From Hypanus sabinus (taxonomy: Eukaryota), in the NCBI RefSeq assembly GCF_030144855.1, contig NC_082714.1, forward strand, positions 144,832,001-144,896,000: a stretch of DNA of 64,000 nt. Reading direction: 5' to 3'. Position numbers and translations under genes: made by a program. This document shows positions 60,293 to 64,000 of the stretch, one piece after another. The number at the start of each line of letters is the position of its first letter. Position 1 is the first letter of the stretch. Under the pieces are notes generated by a model. The model made no database searches. It worked only from the letters and a program-made list of their open reading frames with translations, and had not been told where the DNA came from.

Positions 60293-60793
60293 TGAACAGT
60301 GCTAAAGTCTTAGGCACACACACATATAGCAAGATGCCTAAGACTTTTGCATAGCACTGTGGTAACTTTATTTACCGATGCAAAAAAAACTAACTTTGTG
60401 ACATATGTGAGTGATGATAAACCTAATTCTGATATGGGTCTTTACTGTGGACTGAGAGTGGGAAGCGGGCAGAGAGAAGGCAATTATGGTTGGGAAAAAG
60501 GGAAGGGAGAGGAAGCACCAGAGAGACATTGTGTAATGCTCAATAAACCAATTGTTTGGAATCAAATGGCCTTGTCTGGTGACTCAGGGCTGGGTGTGTC
60601 TGCACCCATGGCATTCCCCACACCTGGCACTCCTCTACCGTCTGTCCCACACCCCTCCCACAATGGACCACCCTCGCCAGTCCAAACATCCTTTGCTCCT
60701 GCTAGATTTACGAACTCAGTCTCCACTCCACATTGACAAATATAGTACTATGCAAAAGTCCTAGGCGTGCTAGCTACTGTACATTTATGTGCC
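60293..60793 (+). mobile_element. Composite Tc1-type non-autonomous element (copy 4)
   Basis: AAAGTCTTAGGCAC...TGCCTAAGACTTTTGCATAGCACTG left hairpin; shared body; TAGTACTATGCAAAAGTCCTAGGC right unit with truncated outer arm. Confidence 0.8.
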
Positions 60794-61374
60794 ATATATT
60801 TATATGCATATCAGAGTGGTGCCATTAACTGTCCATTTCCATTCTGTCGGTTACCTACAGCAGACAGCCACATGTGTGGAACAGTCTGAGCTGCTTTCAG
60901 TAATCGCAGCAACCACATACAGGCAACAACACCACAAGCTTAACACCAACCATGTGTGAAATTCATCATGCTGGCAATACTCAAGTGAAATTGTAAAGCT
61001 GCAGGCAAGAAAATTAGTGATTTAACCTCCTTAACTGGATCTATCAAATTTAATATTCTAATTATATAATAAGCACCATGAAAACGTTGGATGTTCGGAG
61101 CACAATGGAACAAGGAAGCAGAGGGACAGATTTGGTGGTCTGTGCGTGCTCCATCATCCCTTGTTCACAAGCTCTGTGAAAAGAATAGAAGTTAAAGGAC
61201 CCAATTTTGTTTTAGGCCTTATTTTTCATTGTGCTTGCCTGTCCTTTTGGTAACTTGCAGGAATGATCCAGTACACATATAGTTATTAATCCTGGCCCTC
61301 TGTTCATCCTGTCCTGATTATATTGACTGAAAAACATGACGACCATTGGAAGTGGGAAAAAATGTTATAGTTCT

Positions 61375-61668
61375 TAGAAACATAGTCATTAAAAGCAAAG
61401 CACAGAAACAGGCTCTTCAGCCCATCTAGTCCATGCTGAACTATTATTCTGCCTCATCCCATTGACCCACACTCAGACCATAGCCCTTTGTATCCCTCCC
61501 ATCCTTGTACGAAACCAAGTTAAATTTCTCTTAGATATTGAAATTGAATGCACATCTACCACTTCTACTGGCAGTTTGTTCCACACTGTCACCACTCTCT
61601 GAGCGAAGAAATTCCATCTTAACCATTTCACCTTTCACCCCGAACCCAAGACCTCTAGTTCTAGCTCT
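61375..61668 (-). mobile_element. CR1 LINE 3' end
   Basis: GCACAGAAACAGGC...CACACTGTCACCACTCTCTGAGCGAAGAA. Confidence 0.8.
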
Positions 61669-61844
61669 TGTCAGATTAATTTAGAATTCGTCAAAATATG
61701 CTTTAATGTAAGTTCAATGAATTAAATTCTCGAGCACCCTTTTATTTTCTCATTTTCTCTAATTTATTCTCTTATTACAATGAAAAAAATAATATAAAAT
61801 ATTATCTCATCACTGCGCTATTTCAAATCCTGTTTGTATTGTTA

Positions 61845-62195
61845 AGAAGCATATATAGAGTGGATGGCCAGGGTTTTACTCCCAGGGTGCCAAAAGCTAA
61901 TACAAGGGGGCATAAAATACTTGCAAGTTGATTGGAGAAATTACGAGGGACATGTCAGATGTAGGTTGTTTTACACAGAAATGGTAAGTGCATGGAACAC
62001 CGCTAGGGTTGGTGGTAGAAGTAAATGCATCAGTATATTTAAGAAACTCTTAGATAGGCACATGGATTGAAGGGAAAATGGAAGGCTACATGGGAGAGAA
62101 GAGTCAGATTGACCTTTGAGTAAGTTAAAAAGGCGGCACAATAGTGTGGGCTGAGGGGCCTGTGCTGTGCTGTACAGTCCTATGATTTATGTTCT
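61845..62195 (+). mobile_element. CR1 LINE 3' end
   Basis: TTTTACACAGAAATGGTAAGTGCATGGAAC; GGGCTGAGGGGCCTGTGCTGTGCTGTAC tail. Confidence 0.8.
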
Positions 62196-62347
62196 GTTGT
62201 TGCCCTTTAGGATAGTTCTACAATGGAGATATGATTCTGCTTGCTGAGTGATGAATAATGTCATCTTATGTACTGAGCAATAAGCAAACAGCAGATGCTA
62301 TACTACAGGATGAGAAGTATCTGTGAGGGAGAGTGAGCTGGAAGCTT

Positions 62348-63135
62348 AGGAGAATGATGGCGGCCTAACGGCGATTCCTTTGCTTGCGTCTTTGGGAACA
62401 GCTTTATTTCTATATTTGATATCTCTTTTTTTTCCCCTTTCAAGGTTCTTTTGAAGACCCTGACCTGGAGTTATACGCTGACTTCGGTTCTTTGCAGAAA
62501 TGGGACCCGTTCTCAGGGCCTCACGGCCGGCCACTTTCCGATGTGCCAAGGATGCGGTCTGGAAGACTAGCGCGCGTTTTGGTGCTGGATTTTCATGGAT
62601 CTGGAGACGGGCGGATTCAAGGCCGGTGCTATCGCCTGATGTGTCATGGGAGTACATGGAAGATCTAAAGCAGCGCGCTGGCTGTTCTTTAGGCACAGAG
62701 CTTGGAAAAAGCAACACAACAAACATTTAACACCATAAATCAGCGAGTTGTTTTGTTATGTCTCTTCTCTCTCTGTGAAACGTGGACAACTCTTTTTCCC
62801 TTATTAGAGAGAGAGAGAGACCCTGTGGTATGTCAAATACTGAGTGAGTGAGTAGACTTTGGGATACTCCAACTCTGTGTCTTTATTGATGCTTTGCTGC
62901 ATGCTTGAGTGCTCAGTGGGGGATGCTGATGCTTTCTTGCTGGTGGGGGAGGGAGGGTGGTTGCTTTGCTGCTGCTTGTGCATGGGAGGGAGAGGTGGGG
63001 GAGCTTTGGGGTTCTAACATTTAACTGTCATTCATTCTTTGGGGCACTCCTCTGTTTTTGTGGATGTTTGCAAAGAAAAACAATTTCACGATGTACATTG
63101 TATACATTGCTCTGACATTAAATGTACCTATTCAA
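62348..63135 (+). mobile_element. Non-autonomous Rex-related element (GATGGCG 5' end, CpG-rich body, Rex-type tail)
   Basis: Starts GAATGATGGCGGCC; ends CAATTTCACGATGTACATTGTATACATTGCTCTGACATTAAATG; no RT ORF. Confidence 0.55.
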
Positions 63136-63252
63136 TGGATCTTTTGATATGTTGGATCAAGACCCTGAATCAGGCCTAAGAATGGAGAGCGAAGATAGTT
63201 GGCAGAGCGCGAAAAGGGGGAGTGGTGAGGCAGTGGCTGATGGTGATTGTTG

Positions 63253-63790
63253 GAATTGAATTGAATTGACATTATTACTTATATATGAGGAGTAAAAATC
63301 CTTATGTTACATCTCCAGCTAAATGTACAATGCACAATTATAGTAATTTGTAATAAGTATTATGTACAACAGGATAGTCAGAATAACACAGAAATACAGC
63401 TGCGTCAGCATAAATTAGGCAGTCTGATGGCCTGATGGAAGAGCCTGTTGGTCCTGGCTTTTACGCTGCTGTACCGTTTCCCGGATGGTAGCAGTTGGAA
63501 CAGTTTGTGGTTGGGGTGACTTGGGTCCCCAATGATCCTTTGGGCCTTTTTGCACACCTGACTTTGTAAATGTCCTGAATAGTGGGAAGTTCACATCTAC
63601 AGATGCACTGGGCTGTCTGCACCACTCTCTGCTGAGTCCTGCGATTGAGGGAGGTACAGTTCCCATACCAGGCAGTGATGCAGCCAGTCAGGATGCTCTC
63701 AGTTGTGCCCCTGTAGAAAGTTCTTAGAATTAGGGGGCTCACACCAAACTCTTTCAACCATCTGAGGTGAAGGAGGAGCTGCTGGCAACA
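63253..63790 (-). mobile_element. Rex1/Babar 3' portion inserted in a reverse Penelope remnant (63140-63990)
   Basis: LRWLKEFGVSPLILRTFYRGTTESILTGCITAWYGNC; tail as at 18623. Confidence 0.9.
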
Positions 63791-64000
63791 GACTGAGGGG
63801 AAGTGAGGAATGACAGGCAGCTGAAGGCAAGCGAGTGTGGGTGGGGAGGGGAAATAGAGTTGTGAGACGGGGTAGATGAGTGAGAGGTGCAAGCAATCTG
63901 AAAAAAAGCAGGTGGATGGAAGCAGGTGCAGTGAGGGCAAAGGTAGAGGCAGCTGCAGGAGGCTGGTAAGTGGGGGCACTGGAACTGTGTACACCTTTCT

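Noticed and set aside
62346-62730. CpG-rich patch as a CpG-island promoter or coding exon
   Set aside because: Lies inside a non-autonomous Rex-tailed repeat; ORFs on both strands lack homology
1-64000. CRISPR arrays, operons or other prokaryotic systems
   Set aside because: The sequence is vertebrate repeat-rich DNA with no regularly spaced repeat-spacer array or dense coding

Overview
Repeat-dominated vertebrate genomic DNA. The repeat repertoire (CR1 LINE 3' ends, Rex1/Babar LINEs, V-domain SINEs, a SacSINE1-like Deu-SINE, Penelope remnants with the ACACACAAAATGCTGGAGGAACTCAGC end) points to a cartilaginous fish, probably a ray/batoid; this is inference from recognition, not a search. I found no recognisable host protein-coding exon, rRNA or intact tRNA, so the window is probably a large intron or intergenic DNA. 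Every ORF that resembles a known protein derives from a transposon: CR1 ORF2 at 56.0-58.6 kb, Rex1/Babar RT at 21.6-23.5 kb and 31.8-33.4 kb, Tc1 transposase N-termini and Penelope GIY-YIG C-termini. The most unusual features are: (i) a 4-copy ~500-bp composite non-autonomous transposon whose ends are each a ~55-75-bp TIR-only Tc1-type hairpin mini-element around captured LINE-tail DNA, with the same mini-element capping seen in a second Tc1 family; (ii) hammerhead-ribozyme cores in Penelope-derived short elements; (iii) a clean 214-bp solo LTR with a 5-bp TSD; (iv) a 72-bp-arm palindrome; (v) a tRNA-Thr(UGU) pseudogene lacking its anticodon loop; (vi) several multi-level nested insertions. 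Repeat boundaries are approximate (tens of bp) unless a TSD is quoted.
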